Positions 1-10,350 of a stretch of DNA of 61,237 nucleotides are shown here, piece by piece. This DNA is from Patescibacteria group bacterium (GTDB lineage: Bacteria; Patescibacteriota; Minisyncoccia; UBA6257; 2-01-FULL-56-20). The notes below the pieces were generated by a model. It saw nothing but the letters and a program-made list of their open reading frames with translations, had not been told where the DNA came from and did not search any database. The stretch covers positions 1 to 61,237 of the forward strand of contig JBBTUL010000001.1 in assembly GCA_038063755.1 (NCBI GenBank), given 5' to 3'. The translations under genes and the position numbers were made by a program. Every line of letters begins with the position of its first letter. Position 1 is the first letter of the stretch.

Positions 1-925
1 TGAATTGATAAATAAGCTTGCTTGCTTGCCGTGGCTTTATAACAACAAGCGAGTTCCTTTCCGGAGCGCTGAATTGCTCAAGCCCGGCCGCCAAGCCTTC
101 GAGAAGATCATTCGCTTGAAAAGGAGAGCCCGCGGATGCAAGAAGACGCACATTTACCTCGAAAAGTGGTTTCGCGTTCTTCTCTTCAAGAGCCTTCACG
201 GCTTGTTCGTCGACAACCTTCTCCTCCTTCTCTTTTCCTTTCTCTCCGACGCTTGCAAATGATTTCACCGTATCGAGGAGCGAAGTGGAGAGAATTTCTT
301 TGAGTGACGTCCCCCGCTTCAAAAGATTGATCGTCTTCCTCACCTCTTCTTTAACCTTTTTGGATGCTGGACGTATAACAAGCTGCAGAGCGGCACCCTC
401 TCCTACTTCGTTTACCTTCGCAAAGCTTCCAAGAATCGCGCCGAACGAGTCTGCATCAAACTCTTGATACGTTCGAACCGGCAGTATGTATCGCTCCTTC
501 TGCTTCACGTATGCGGCGACAGATGTACCCTGCGCATTAAAAATCGAATAGTCGTCGCTCATTCCCTCGACGGAAGCGCCGTTCCAAAGTCCCTGGATCT
601 GTTTTGATGCAACCTCGCTCCATTTTTTAGGAATCGCGATATAGAAATGTATCTCCTCGCCGACGTGAGGAACGGCAACCTCAAGGACAAACGGGTCATG
701 TATCGAAGCAAGGCTCGCAAGAAGCTGTTCGAATTTTCCGATTTGGGACTTTATATCTTCCTTTCCTTGCGAACCCTCCTTCGTGTCACGAGGAATCTTC
801 ACAAGCAAAAGCGAGAGACCAAAGGACGACGCGACTCGCCTACGATTCAGGAAGCGCACGGAAACATAAAGTCCGGCGCAAAGTATAATCCCGACGATTG
901 TTCCAACAATAAGCGGGTACACCAT
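1..925 (-). CDS. Partial CDS running off the window edge. N-terminal part of a membrane-anchored protein, probably the CPR VirB4/TraG-like (type IV secretion coupling) ATPase.
   Basis: Manual translation from ATG 925 (MVYPLIVGTIVGIILCAG...KPLFEVNVRLLAS...) is open to position 1 and is absent from the ORF track. N-terminal TM helix. The ATPase domain is not visible, so the product is inferred from family recall. Confidence 0.65.
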   Translation of the reverse strand, partial: MVYPLIVGTIVGIILCAGLYVSVRFLNRRRVASSFGLSLLLVKIPRDTKEGSQGKEDIKSQIGKFEQLLASLASIHDPFVLEVAVPHVGEEIHFYIAIPKKWSEVASKQIQGLWNGASVEGMSDDYSIFNAQGTSVAAYVKQKERYILPVRTYQEFDADSFGAILGSFAKVNEVGEGAALQLVIRPASKKVKEEVRKTINLLKRGTSLKEILSTSLLDTVKSFASVGEKGKEKEEKVVDEQAVKALEEKNAKPLFEVNVRLLASAGSPFQANDLLEGLAAGLEQFSAPERNSLVVIKPRQASKLIYQF

Positions 926-932
926 GATCGTT

Positions 933-1328
933 TTATTTCAAAACACCACGCTTCTGAAACTCCGGGTACAATTTTCCGGCGAGGGCATCGTGGAAAGCAT
1001 CGAGCACGAAAGGATTCGACTTCATCGCCATCTCGTTTGCCTTTCCGATCCCTTGATGGATTGCGAGATCAACCAGGTACTCTATTTCAAGCTTCACCTC
1101 AGAAGAAGCGCTCGTAGCATACGCGGGAATCTGGCTCTTCTGTGAATCGTCTCGAGGAATGGTCTGGATGGGTGCTTGGGCAACCGCCCGAATCGCAAGT
1201 CTTAAAAGATCTTGCTCGCTCGACGCCCTTATTTCGGGATTTTCTCGATGTCCCGCAATTTCAGCCGCAAGACGGTTCATGTCCGCCTCAAGCGCAGCGT
1301 GCTCAAATTGTGGTACTTGATCTGGCAT
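933..1328 (-). CDS. Hypothetical protein (131 aa), probably coupled to the downstream ATPase gene
   Basis: Clean ORF ending 7 nt before the next ATG; helical charged composition. Confidence 0.8.
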   Translation of the reverse strand: MPDQVPQFEHAALEADMNRLAAEIAGHRENPEIRASSEQDLLRLAIRAVAQAPIQTIPRDDSQKSQIPAYATSASSEVKLEIEYLVDLAIHQGIGKANEMAMKSNPFVLDAFHDALAGKLYPEFQKRGVLK

Positions 1329-1359
1329 AAAAAAATACGAATTACGTTATACTAAGTGT

Positions 1360-2832
1360 ATGTGGAAAAAATATATTCCAATCTTCACCGTCCTCATTAT
1401 AGCAGTCTTCTTTCGCACCTACCATCTGAAAACTCTTCCGCCCGGCCTCTATCCCGATGAAGCAATGAATGGATCGAATGGACTTACGGCGATTCATACG
1501 GGAGACTTCAAGGTCTTCTATCCAGAAAATAACGGACGGGAAGGTCTTTTCATCAACCTTCAAGCGCTCCTTGTAAAATGGAGCGGCGTTCGAGAGCCCT
1601 GGGTCTTGAGATCAGTAAGTTCGCTCTTCGGCATTTTGACCGTTCTTGGAATGTATTTTCTTGGAAAAGAGCTTTTTTCAAAACGCATCGGCCTCCTCGC
1701 ATCCTTCCTGCTTGCGACAAACTTTTTGCATATAAATTTTTCGCGTATCGGCTTTAGAGCGATCATGGCTCCGGCATTCGCTGTGTGGGGACTCTACTTT
1801 TTTATCAGAGCACTGCGGCAGGACAGAACACGCCCCGCATCAATTCTCGCCATTCTTGCGGGCGCTGTCTTCGGACTAGGACTCCATTCATATATCGCCT
1901 ATCGAGTTATGCCGGCGCTTATCGTGCTTGTGACAGCTTACTTTCTCGTTTTTGAAAAAAATCGTCGCGTAGAAACTCTGAAAAAGACGGCGCTCTTTAT
2001 AGTCGCCGCGCTTATAGTTTTCGCTCCTCTCGGAATGTATTTCTTGGAAAATCCAGGAGACTTCTTCGGACGAACATCGCAAGTGTCAGTATTCTCATCC
2101 ACATCCCCGCTTGCAGGGCTCGGATTAAACATCGCAAAAACTCTTGGCATGTTTAATGTTATTGGAGACTATAATTGGCGCCACAACATCTCCGGAAAAC
2201 CCGAACTTTACCTGCCAGTCGGGCTGCTCTTCCTTGCCGGAATTGTTCTTGCTATAAAGAAATTTTTTAAGAAATCTTCTTGGAGTGCCGGCCAAGTGCT
2301 TCCCGTTGGCATCCTGCTCTCTTGGTTCGGACTCGCAATGCTCCCTGTCATCATATCGAACGAAGGACTTCCCCATGCGCTTCGAGCAATACTCATGTTG
2401 CCGCCGGTAATGTTCTTTTCGGCGCTCGGGGGCAACGCTCTCTTTGATCTCTTCCTCTCGAAAGTAAAAGAACCATCGAAAGAACTTTGGTCTCGTCGAA
2501 TCATCTCCTTTTTTGCCGCGCTTATCCTTGCGAATGCATATGTTAGCTACTTCATCGTGTGGGGAAAGAATCCCGAGGTCCAAAACGCCTTTGCGGCAAA
2601 CTACACCGCCATCGCCCGAAAATTAAATTCACTTCCAAGAGAGGTTCCTAAGTATGTCGTCGTCGAAGCGGGCGGGGTTCTGGTGAATGGGATCCCCATG
2701 CCATCCCAGCCGATTATGTTTATGACTGACACGTTTCGCAAGGAAGAACAAACAGAAAAAAATATTTTTTACGTGCTTCCGGAAAAAAGAAATGCTATTC
2801 CAGATAATGCATCGGTATTCGTCATAGATTAA
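1360..2832 (+). CDS. Glycosyltransferase family 39 (PMT/ArnT-like) multi-pass membrane protein
   Basis: PPGLYPDEA motif, many TM segments, GT-C architecture. Confidence 0.85.
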   Translation: MWKKYIPIFTVLIIAVFFRTYHLKTLPPGLYPDEAMNGSNGLTAIHTGDFKVFYPENNGREGLFINLQALLVKWSGVREPWVLRSVSSLFGILTVLGMYFLGKELFSKRIGLLASFLLATNFLHINFSRIGFRAIMAPAFAVWGLYFFIRALRQDRTRPASILAILAGAVFGLGLHSYIAYRVMPALIVLVTAYFLVFEKNRRVETLKKTALFIVAALIVFAPLGMYFLENPGDFFGRTSQVSVFSSTSPLAGLGLNIAKTLGMFNVIGDYNWRHNISGKPELYLPVGLLFLAGIVLAIKKFFKKSSWSAGQVLPVGILLSWFGLAMLPVIISNEGLPHALRAILMLPPVMFFSALGGNALFDLFLSKVKEPSKELWSRRIISFFAALILANAYVSYFIVWGKNPEVQNAFAANYTAIARKLNSLPREVPKYVVVEAGGVLVNGIPMPSQPIMFMTDTFRKEEQTEKNIFYVLPEKRNAIPDNASVFVID

Positions 2833-2860
2833 ACATGAGCCCATTCGGGGCTCATGTTTA
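2830..2860. terminator. Perfect 13-bp inverted repeat between convergent genes, probable bidirectional terminator
   Basis: TAAACATGAGCCC-attcg-GGGCTCATGTTTA; the arm ends are the two stop codons. Confidence 0.75.
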
Positions 2861-3169
2861 TACTTGTGCTATTTCGACTTCGGTAAATTGCTGCCTGTGT
2901 CCTTTCTTTTTTCGATATCTTGCTTTCGCATGATATTTGAACACTATCTTCTTCTTCGCTCTTCCTTGAGAAAGCACTTTCCCTACCACCCTTACGCCCG
3001 GAACGTGCGGCGTTCCAACCGTCACAGCGTCTCCGTTCGCGGTAAGCAAAACATTCTCAAAAATGACCTCTGATCCAGGCTCGCCGGGAAGTTTTTCAAT
3101 CTTGATTTTCGAGCCCTGTGAAACACGATACTGCTTTCCGCCAGTCTCAATGATTGCGAATGTCGCCAT
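2858..3169 (-). CDS. rplU: 50S ribosomal protein L21
   Basis: FAIIETGGKQYRV and KKGHRQQFT motifs. Confidence 0.98.
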   Translation of the reverse strand: MATFAIIETGGKQYRVSQGSKIKIEKLPGEPGSEVIFENVLLTANGDAVTVGTPHVPGVRVVGKVLSQGRAKKKIVFKYHAKARYRKKKGHRQQFTEVEIAQV

Positions 3170-3178
3170 GGGATTATC

Positions 3179-3526
3179 TTAATTGACACTAATAATAGCT
3201 GCAAACCCGAGGAAAAGCAAGGTGCCGAGAAAGAATGACCAGACGGCGGCAAGATTGGCAAGAAACAAAGCTCTTTTCTCCAGAGTATTCGCCACGAGGA
3301 GGTTTATCGAAAGCATGACGAGACCAAAAACGCCAAAAAGCTCAAGCTCGATAAGTGATCCAATTTTTGTGATGCCATCATAGTTGTTGAATTGAAGAAT
3401 GATCGGAGACACTGTGGAACGAAAAGAGGCATAAGCCCAGGCCATTCCGAGAATAACGAGGAGGAAGCTCATTCCAAAAAAGATATTGCGCCATCCGATA
3501 TGGCGATATGGTAGCACTATACTCAT
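3179..3526 (-). CDS. Hypothetical membrane protein (3 TM)
   Basis: Three hydrophobic segments; tightly packed between galT and rplU. Confidence 0.8.
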   Translation of the reverse strand: MSIVLPYRHIGWRNIFFGMSFLLVILGMAWAYASFRSTVSPIILQFNNYDGITKIGSLIELELFGVFGLVMLSINLLVANTLEKRALFLANLAAVWSFFLGTLLFLGFAAIISVN

Positions 3527-3528
3527 AC

Positions 3529-4509
3529 CTATTTTAAGATGCGCGCGAGTTCTTCGGGAGGAACGACATTAATATCAACGCCGGTACCTAGCTCAAATCC
3601 TCCCTCTTGGGCCATCTTCGGAATCACTTCAACGTGCCAGTGGTAATGCGAATGGCTTTTTTGATTTTTAAGGGGGGCTGTGTGGATGAAAAAATTATAG
3701 TCTGGGTCGTTTAAGTTCTTCTCGATTTTCTTCAATACTCGCTGAAGCAGTTCAGCAACCGCGCGAAGCGGTTTCTCGTCAGTCTCCTCAAAAAAAGCGT
3801 AGTGCTTCTTTGGGAAAATACGTATCTTGTATGGATGTCTTGAGGCAAACGGCGCGAACGCAATCGCGTCCTTGTTCTCTGCGATGATACTTTTTCCTCC
3901 CTTCCTTTCGTGCTTGATAATATCGCAATGCGCGCATCTTCGCTTCTTGGTGAAATATTCATGAGATCCCCTTAGCGAATGCGAAACCTCGGGCGGTACG
4001 ATCGGAAGCGCGAGTAGTTGGTAGTGCGGATGGTAGAGAGACGCGCCGGCGCTTGCTCCCCAATTGGAGAACGCCGAAACATAAGTAAGGCACTTGTCTT
4101 TTTTTATACCGCGATAACGCTCCTGGAAAATAAGGAATATTCGCAAAGCCTCGCTAAGCGAAAGTCTTGAAAAATTATTTTCGTGATCTCGCGTGACCAC
4201 GAGATCGTGATATCCGATACCCGGCATGGTTTCGTAGGGACCAAGATTTATGGACTTTACGCAAACATTGCTGTGTCGAAGTGCCGGATATTTATTCGGA
4301 ATAAGCACCACGCGCCAGCTTTCTCTGTTCGGATAAGCAATGATTGGCGGCCAATTTCCCGTCTTTTCGAGGTCCTCAAACGGGCACGTTTTTTTCGGCG
4401 TTGGCCTTCGCCTGCTTTTTCCGTCAGAAAATCCGTGAGGGCGTCCTGCCCTCTCTGGCGCAACAACGATCCAATCTCCCGAAACCGGATCCTTTCGAAA
4501 CTCTGCCAT
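3529..4509 (-). CDS. galT: Galactose-1-phosphate uridylyltransferase (HIT superfamily)
   Basis: EFRKDPVSGDW, CPFE, PNKYP and the catalytic GASLYHPHYQ (HxHxQ) motif. Start placed at the second Met. Confidence 0.92.
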   Translation of the reverse strand: MAEFRKDPVSGDWIVVAPERAGRPHGFSDGKSRRRPTPKKTCPFEDLEKTGNWPPIIAYPNRESWRVVLIPNKYPALRHSNVCVKSINLGPYETMPGIGYHDLVVTRDHENNFSRLSLSEALRIFLIFQERYRGIKKDKCLTYVSAFSNWGASAGASLYHPHYQLLALPIVPPEVSHSLRGSHEYFTKKRRCAHCDIIKHERKGGKSIIAENKDAIAFAPFASRHPYKIRIFPKKHYAFFEETDEKPLRAVAELLQRVLKKIEKNLNDPDYNFFIHTAPLKNQKSHSHYHWHVEVIPKMAQEGGFELGTGVDINVVPPEELARILK

Positions 4510-4553
4510 GTATTTAGTATCGCTCATCCTTCAGGGCAAAACAAGGCGTAAAA

Positions 4554-4572
4554 AAACACCTTTTGGGTGTTT
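4554..4572 (-). terminator. Short intrinsic-terminator-like hairpin after the 101-aa ORF
   Basis: AAACACC/GGTGTTT stem followed by a T-run on the minus strand. Confidence 0.5.
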
Positions 4573-4876
4573 ATATGAACTGGCTTTCTTCTCCTCCAAA
4601 AAACTCACGGACGAATTGCGAAAACAGATCGCTATCCTCATAGGCAGCCCTCCGCAACCCCCGGACAACTACATTCGGAACCAAGCCTCCGGAAAGCTCG
4701 ACTTCGTTCGTAATTACTCCAAATCTCACGCTCCGACTCGTGGAATAGAAAAGATCTCCCACAATGCTTCTGCGCAGAACTGAGCGAGGTTTAAATATAA
4801 GCCCTGAGTCCTTCCCGAGGTAGTAGTAAAACCTGTTTACCAAAATCTCGCTTGGAAGATTTGGCAAATTCTTCAC
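4571..4876 (-). CDS. Hypothetical protein (101 aa, GTG start)
   Basis: Fills the mrdA-galT gap and is followed by a hairpin; no recognisable motif. Confidence 0.5.
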   Translation of the reverse strand: MKNLPNLPSEILVNRFYYYLGKDSGLIFKPRSVLRRSIVGDLFYSTSRSVRFGVITNEVELSGGLVPNVVVRGLRRAAYEDSDLFSQFVREFFGGEESQFI

Positions 4877-4927
4877 CTCTTTTTTCCGTTGTGCTAGGAA
4901 AATAGAAGCACAAACAAGGCCTAAGTG

Positions 4928-6796
4928 TCAAGATTTTTTAATGCGGTTTTCGTAGTACCAAGCGAATACATCCTTTGCCACAGGAACAGCATTCAGGCTT
5001 CCTTGTTTCGAATTTTCGACAAGAATCAAGATTGCAACTTCTGGGTTTTCATATGGTGCATAACCGACGAAGAACGCGTTTTCTTTTTTGTTATTCTCTA
5101 TCTGCGCACTTCCGGTTTTCCCTGCAACCGGAAACGGCAGATCACTTAAAACTCTCGCCGTTCCAAGGGGAGAAGTAACTGTCCTCCTCATTCCAATCTG
5201 AACTTCTCCGATTTCCTCTGCAAACGCAGACAGGTCCCTTCTTACCTCAGGGCTTGAGTCGCTTTTTTTCAGGATCGGTCTAAAAACCTTCCCTCCGTTT
5301 GCAATCGCGCCAACGTAACTTAAAAGCTGTATGGGCGTCACCAAGAGATCTCCCTGTCCGATTGAAACGTTGTAGGTATCCCCCAAAAGCCATGAATGCT
5401 TTGTGGTTTTTTCCTTCCATTCCGGTGAGGGCAAAAAACCAGCCGCCTCTCCTGGAAAATCAATTCCTGTTTTCTCGCCAAGACCAAACTTCTCCCACCA
5501 CTCTCGCAGGCGCTTGATACCAAGCCCTTTTTGCGAACCAGCTCCTCCGCCGACGGTATAGAAGTACACATTTGATGATTGCGCTATCGCTGCGGCAAGA
5601 TTTACATTGCCCTGATATCGCCAATCCGCATACCTGGTCGGCTTATCGGGCGCATATGGATTCGGTATCTCAAGGTATCCAGGAGAAAAAATTTCCGTTG
5701 CAGGACTCATCACCCTCTCCGCAAGGGCAGCAACCGCAACCATCGGTTTAATCGTTGACCCCGGATTATATACTCCCGCGACAGCCCGATTAAAAAGAGG
5801 TTTGGAAGATGCGGTAAGTATCTCTTTTTTTTCTTCGCGATGTCCTGGGCGAGAAAGAACGTTGTTATCATACGAAGGAAGATTTATGAAAGCTAACACT
5901 TCGCCGCTCCTTGGATCGATTGCGAGTCCAACGCCCGAAATGCGCCCGAGGCTGTCAAGGCCTGCCTTTAGGCGATGTGCGAAATACGACTGAAATCCTG
6001 CATCAATCGTAAGCGCAAGCGTTTGCCCTACCTGCGGAGAGGCTTCTTTCATGGGGGCGACTACCTCTCCTTTCGCGTTTCTGGCTTTAACTCGACTACC
6101 GGCTTCGCCTCGCAGAAAATCATCGTAAAAAGCCTCGATCCCAGCCTTCCCGATAAGATCCTGGCTCGTGATCGCGTCTTCTTTGTCCTGGAGCTCCTTT
6201 TTGGTCGGGAAGCCAACGTATCCGAGAATCGAAGAAAATGCTGCCGGGTCTTTGTATTCCCGATCTGCTGCCTGAACAACCGAAAGCGTCGGGAGGTCAA
6301 GTGCCTTCAGTCTGATTGTTTTCTCTTGCGCAAGGTCAGTCGCAAGAGTGATAGAGTCGATACCCCCTCTCTCTTCCGCTTCGTTTAGCGCATCATCAAA
6401 GTCTGCTTTTGTGATTCCCGCGATATCAGCAAGTACGCGCTCCGTTTCCCGTTGCATGCTCTCGTCGCGCAAAAAAGGACCCACATGCAAAACCAGAGAA
6501 AACGAAGGCTTGTTCTCCACAAGCGGAACATGGAATCTGTCTTCGATCACGCCGCGCGGGGCAGGAATGTGTTCTACCGCGTTTAGATTCCGAAACGCCC
6601 TCCGCTCGTACATTCCGTCGGCGGCATATCCCAAAAGAAAAACTCTTCCGGCGATAAGCAGTCCAAAAAATATAATCAGCCCACCGACAAAAATGGCGGG
6701 GGCTCTGTCGAGGGGAACTTCTTTCACGTCGAGATCACGAGACCAGTCCTCGCTTAATGCATCTTCAAAACCAAGATCACGATTTGCGGCACTCAT
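4928..6796 (-). CDS. mrdA: Penicillin-binding protein 2 (class B transpeptidase)
   Basis: PGSTIK (SxxK), SSN (SxN), GKTGSAQ (KTG) motifs; next to mreBCD. Confidence 0.95.
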   Translation of the reverse strand: MSAANRDLGFEDALSEDWSRDLDVKEVPLDRAPAIFVGGLIIFFGLLIAGRVFLLGYAADGMYERRAFRNLNAVEHIPAPRGVIEDRFHVPLVENKPSFSLVLHVGPFLRDESMQRETERVLADIAGITKADFDDALNEAEERGGIDSITLATDLAQEKTIRLKALDLPTLSVVQAADREYKDPAAFSSILGYVGFPTKKELQDKEDAITSQDLIGKAGIEAFYDDFLRGEAGSRVKARNAKGEVVAPMKEASPQVGQTLALTIDAGFQSYFAHRLKAGLDSLGRISGVGLAIDPRSGEVLAFINLPSYDNNVLSRPGHREEKKEILTASSKPLFNRAVAGVYNPGSTIKPMVAVAALAERVMSPATEIFSPGYLEIPNPYAPDKPTRYADWRYQGNVNLAAAIAQSSNVYFYTVGGGAGSQKGLGIKRLREWWEKFGLGEKTGIDFPGEAAGFLPSPEWKEKTTKHSWLLGDTYNVSIGQGDLLVTPIQLLSYVGAIANGGKVFRPILKKSDSSPEVRRDLSAFAEEIGEVQIGMRRTVTSPLGTARVLSDLPFPVAGKTGSAQIENNKKENAFFVGYAPYENPEVAILILVENSKQGSLNAVPVAKDVFAWYYENRIKKS

Positions 6797-6834
6797 TGCT
6801 ATACATTATCCCCAAAGAAGCCCTTCGGGCAAGA

Positions 6835-7296
6835 CTATCTTTCAAGCCACAGCGAAGCGTCTCGCCTTCCCCATATAGCCTCTCCCGCGTACATCACAAA
6901 CATCCCGAAAAGAAAGTTCATGCCGGCAAGCAGAAAAAGTGTTTGAAATTCAGAGTATGCCTCCCGCGGCGCAGTAATTGCGTAAAATGCAAACGTCGAT
7001 ACTGCCAACACTACGAGCATGAACGACCGACCTGGTCTCCGGAAAAGTCTCGCCGCAATCGGAAAAAGCATAAAAACTATCCAAGAGGTTTCAAGGGGGG
7101 TCGAGAAGAGAAAAAAGAAACCGGAAAATCCGGTAACGAGGACGACCTCCAGCAAAGACAGCTGCGGAATAATTGCCAACAAAAAAAGAAGGGAGAAATC
7201 GGGAGACAACCCGAAATATAGCCGAATCTTCATTTCGACGACGGCAAATACCGCGACAGAAGCGAAAAGTGAAATCAGTCTCGCGAATCTTTTCAT
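6835..7296 (-). CDS. MreD-like membrane protein
   Basis: Hydrophobic 153 aa ORF in the mreD position between mreC and mrdA; call rests on synteny. Confidence 0.6.
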   Translation of the reverse strand: MKRFARLISLFASVAVFAVVEMKIRLYFGLSPDFSLLFLLAIIPQLSLLEVVLVTGFSGFFFLFSTPLETSWIVFMLFPIAARLFRRPGRSFMLVVLAVSTFAFYAITAPREAYSEFQTLFLLAGMNFLFGMFVMYAGEAIWGRRDASLWLER

Positions 7297-7932
7297 CTAT
7301 TTCTTCTTAACGAGGGGAAGCAGTACGACCTCCCGTATCTCGTAGAGGGGGTGAAGAACCACGAGAGAAGATTTTCGAAAGGTCTCTCCTTTTGCGGACG
7401 AAATCTCTCCGACCAAACCGATAACAGTCCCGAAAGGAACCATGTCCCCTGTCGACCGAACAATGTCTTTTTGAGAAATAGAAGCATTCTCCGGTATGAG
7501 CGTAATTTCTGGATTCACACCTCCCACAAGAAGAGCATCGACCCCAAGGGCTCCGACACGCACCGGAAGCTTAAACGTCGGATCGAATAGCGTTTCAACA
7601 AGGGCTGAGTTTTCAAAAACCTCTTTTACGACTCCGACAAATGCCTCCTTATAGACTACCGCTTGCCCGACTGAAACCCCCTGCCCAAAACCTCGGGAAA
7701 TCAATAGTTCGTTCTTAAAGTTAAATGGGTATCGCGAGTAAACCTCAGCCCGAAGAGCGTCTCGCGAAGACTGCCCGTTGTCTTTTCCGCTTTCCTCTTC
7801 TATAAAAGTATTTGAAGCTATCGTCCCGTAGCTTAAAAAAGAACGTGCGCGAAGAAAAAATGGGGAACCGAAAGATGCAATTACAACGAAGAGAAGCAGT
7901 GCGACGAAAGAAGTGATAAGTTCTTTTTTCAT
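7297..7932 (-). CDS. mreC: Rod shape-determining protein MreC (short)
   Basis: N-terminal TM; GVSVGQAV and VRSTGDMVPFGTVIGLV resemble MreC; directly after mreB. Confidence 0.88.
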   Translation of the reverse strand: MKKELITSFVALLLFVVIASFGSPFFLRARSFLSYGTIASNTFIEEESGKDNGQSSRDALRAEVYSRYPFNFKNELLISRGFGQGVSVGQAVVYKEAFVGVVKEVFENSALVETLFDPTFKLPVRVGALGVDALLVGGVNPEITLIPENASISQKDIVRSTGDMVPFGTVIGLVGEISSAKGETFRKSSLVVLHPLYEIREVVLLPLVKKK

Positions 7933-7973
7933 GTATTACGATGCGCGAAAACTAACACGCAATCCAAGTCCTC

Positions 7974-9017
7974 TTAGAGCTTTATCTCTTTCGGTCTCAG
8001 GGGATTATCCAAGAGACCTTCGAAGTGCTCAAAATTATCAACCATCCTTCCTAAGCCGCGAACCATGCAGGAAAGCGGGTCTTCTACGACTTGGGTCCTC
8101 ACCGATGTTTCTTTCTCGATAAGCTCGTCTATTCCGCGAAGCAGCGCTCCGCCACCGGAAATCCAAATCCCCTGTTTCAGCATGTCTCCCGCAAGCTCCG
8201 GAGGGGTCAGCTCGATAACTTCGTGTATCGCGTCTAGAATTGAACGCAATGACTTCGCAAACGCCGCACGAACATGCGTGTTTTTAATGAGCACTTCTCT
8301 CGGAAGCCCAGACGTGTAGTCGCGTCCTCGGACAGGAATTTCGAGACGTTCATCGAGGGGAAGCGCGGACCCGACGGCTATCTTTGCAAACTCTGCGGTC
8401 GGCTCTCCAATCGCAAGCTTAAATTCGTCGCGCATAAATCGAATAATGTCTTCGTTTAGCTTGTCTCCCGCAACCTTAAGCGTCTTTGAAACCACAATCC
8501 CACCGTAGGAGATAACGGCCACATCGGTCGTCCCTCCGCCAATATCGATGATTAAGCTCGCGACCGGAGTCTCAATGGGAAGGTTCGCCCCAAGAGCCGC
8601 GGCAACAGTTGATTCCACCAGAAAAACTTTTCCACAGCCTGCTGTTTTTGCCGCATCCTCAACCGATTTCCGCTCAACCTCGGTCAGGTCATTCGGAATA
8701 CCGAGCAAGCCCCTCCGAAGGCCGAATAACGGCCTCGGTTCGATTCGCTTAAAAAACTGAGAAAGCATTTCGTGGGTCATGTCAAAATCAGATATCACGC
8801 CGTTTGAGAGCGGCCTTATAACGCTCACGTGCGATGGGGTTCGCTCAAGCATCCCTTTTGCCTTTTCTCCGACCGCCAATATTTGATTCGTTTTGTTGTT
8901 TACGGCGGCAACCGAAGGTTCGTTCACAATCACGCCTTCATACCGCGCATAAATAAGCGTGTTTGCGGTTCCAAGGTCAATTCCGATGTCTTTGAAAAGT
9001 CTTTGTTGAAATCCCAT
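7974..9017 (-). CDS. mreB: Rod shape-determining protein MreB
   Basis: IGIDLGTANT, DIGGGTTD, SGGGALLRG actin-like motifs. Confidence 0.97.
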   Translation of the reverse strand: MGFQQRLFKDIGIDLGTANTLIYARYEGVIVNEPSVAAVNNKTNQILAVGEKAKGMLERTPSHVSVIRPLSNGVISDFDMTHEMLSQFFKRIEPRPLFGLRRGLLGIPNDLTEVERKSVEDAAKTAGCGKVFLVESTVAAALGANLPIETPVASLIIDIGGGTTDVAVISYGGIVVSKTLKVAGDKLNEDIIRFMRDEFKLAIGEPTAEFAKIAVGSALPLDERLEIPVRGRDYTSGLPREVLIKNTHVRAAFAKSLRSILDAIHEVIELTPPELAGDMLKQGIWISGGGALLRGIDELIEKETSVRTQVVEDPLSCMVRGLGRMVDNFEHFEGLLDNPLRPKEIKL

Positions 9018-9021
9018 AATC

Positions 9022-10248
9022 TTATTCGCTAATCTTTTGCAACAGCTCTTCGTATGTTATGAGCGTGGATTCTTTTTTGCCTCTTTCTTTGAGTTCCACT
9101 CTCTCTCCTGTTTTCTCGCTCACAACCACTCGATATGGAATACCGATAAGGTCCGCTTCGCTGAATTTTTCTCCGGCGGAAACATCTCTCTCGTCATACA
9201 GTACTTCAACGCCGGCAGCTTGTAAATTCTTATATATTTCGCTTCCATTCCCTCCGGAAAGTTCGATAAGGTGAACGAGAAATGGTGCGGCGGATCTCGG
9301 CCAAATGATACCTTTCTCGTCATGCGATCGCTCAACGATCACCCCGAAAAGACGGGAGATTCCGATCCCATAGCACCCCATAACCGGATAGCTCTTCTTT
9401 CCCTCGCGATCGATAAATGTCAGATCGAAGTCCTTTCCATATTTCGTGCCAAGATCAAAAACATTCCCGACCTCTGATGCTCGGGCTTTTAAAAGCGTGC
9501 CCTTGCCGCATTTGGCGCATTTCGCTCCGGTTTTTTCCTCTTTCGCGATTTCGGTATTTACGCAAAACGCACACGCGTCACAATATAAAATATCGTCTTC
9601 TCCGGCATCCGTAAGCACCATAAACTCGTACGAGATTTTTTCGCTGAAACTTCCGCCGGATGCCTCGGTAACCTTGGCGGTAAGTCCCAGGCGTGAAAAA
9701 ATTTTAAGATATGCCGCCTTGACCACTTCATAGTATCGCTCGAAATCCTCCTGGTTTTCGTGAAAACTATACATGTCTTTCATGAAAAACTCGCGGCCGC
9801 GCAAAAGTCCGGATTTTGAACGAAGCTCGTCGCGAAACTTCCAGTGAATCTGATATACCGCGCGCGGCAAGTCTTTATAGGTATGCACCCTGCTCATAAC
9901 AAGCGGCGTTACAATCTCCTCTTCGCTCTGGCCCAGCGCATACTCTTTTTCGGTACGACTCGTGAGCTTAAAGAGCACGTCTATCTTGTCCCATCCTCCG
10001 GTTTGGACCCAATTAGCCTTCGGGTGCAAAACTGGCATAAGCACTTCTTCGCCACCTACCGCATCCATCTCTTCGCGCACCACCTGTTCGATCTTTCTAA
10101 GGACGCGCAAGCCAAGCGGCAGGTAGGAATATACCCCAGCCATAAGCTTCTCCACGAATCCGGCCCTCACCAAGAGCTTGGCGTTTATGGTCTCCTCGTC
10201 CTTCGGGTAATCCCGAAGCGGTTTTAGAAAAAGCTTTGATTGCAGCAT
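9022..10248 (-). CDS. proS: Prolyl-tRNA synthetase, short form without the insertion editing domain
   Basis: FRDELRSKSGLLRGREFFMKDMYSF (motif 2), GCYGIGISR (motif 3), anticodon-binding domain; 408 aa. Confidence 0.95.
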   Translation of the reverse strand: MLQSKLFLKPLRDYPKDEETINAKLLVRAGFVEKLMAGVYSYLPLGLRVLRKIEQVVREEMDAVGGEEVLMPVLHPKANWVQTGGWDKIDVLFKLTSRTEKEYALGQSEEEIVTPLVMSRVHTYKDLPRAVYQIHWKFRDELRSKSGLLRGREFFMKDMYSFHENQEDFERYYEVVKAAYLKIFSRLGLTAKVTEASGGSFSEKISYEFMVLTDAGEDDILYCDACAFCVNTEIAKEEKTGAKCAKCGKGTLLKARASEVGNVFDLGTKYGKDFDLTFIDREGKKSYPVMGCYGIGISRLFGVIVERSHDEKGIIWPRSAAPFLVHLIELSGGNGSEIYKNLQAAGVEVLYDERDVSAGEKFSEADLIGIPYRVVVSEKTGERVELKERGKKESTLITYEELLQKISE

Positions 10249-10350
10249 TGAAATTACGATATCATAAATATTTTTCTTCGGCCACTCGAAAGCCCTGGTG
10301 CTGAAGGGTAATTACCGCGACGCTCATGCCGAAACTTGTATAATTGTCTT

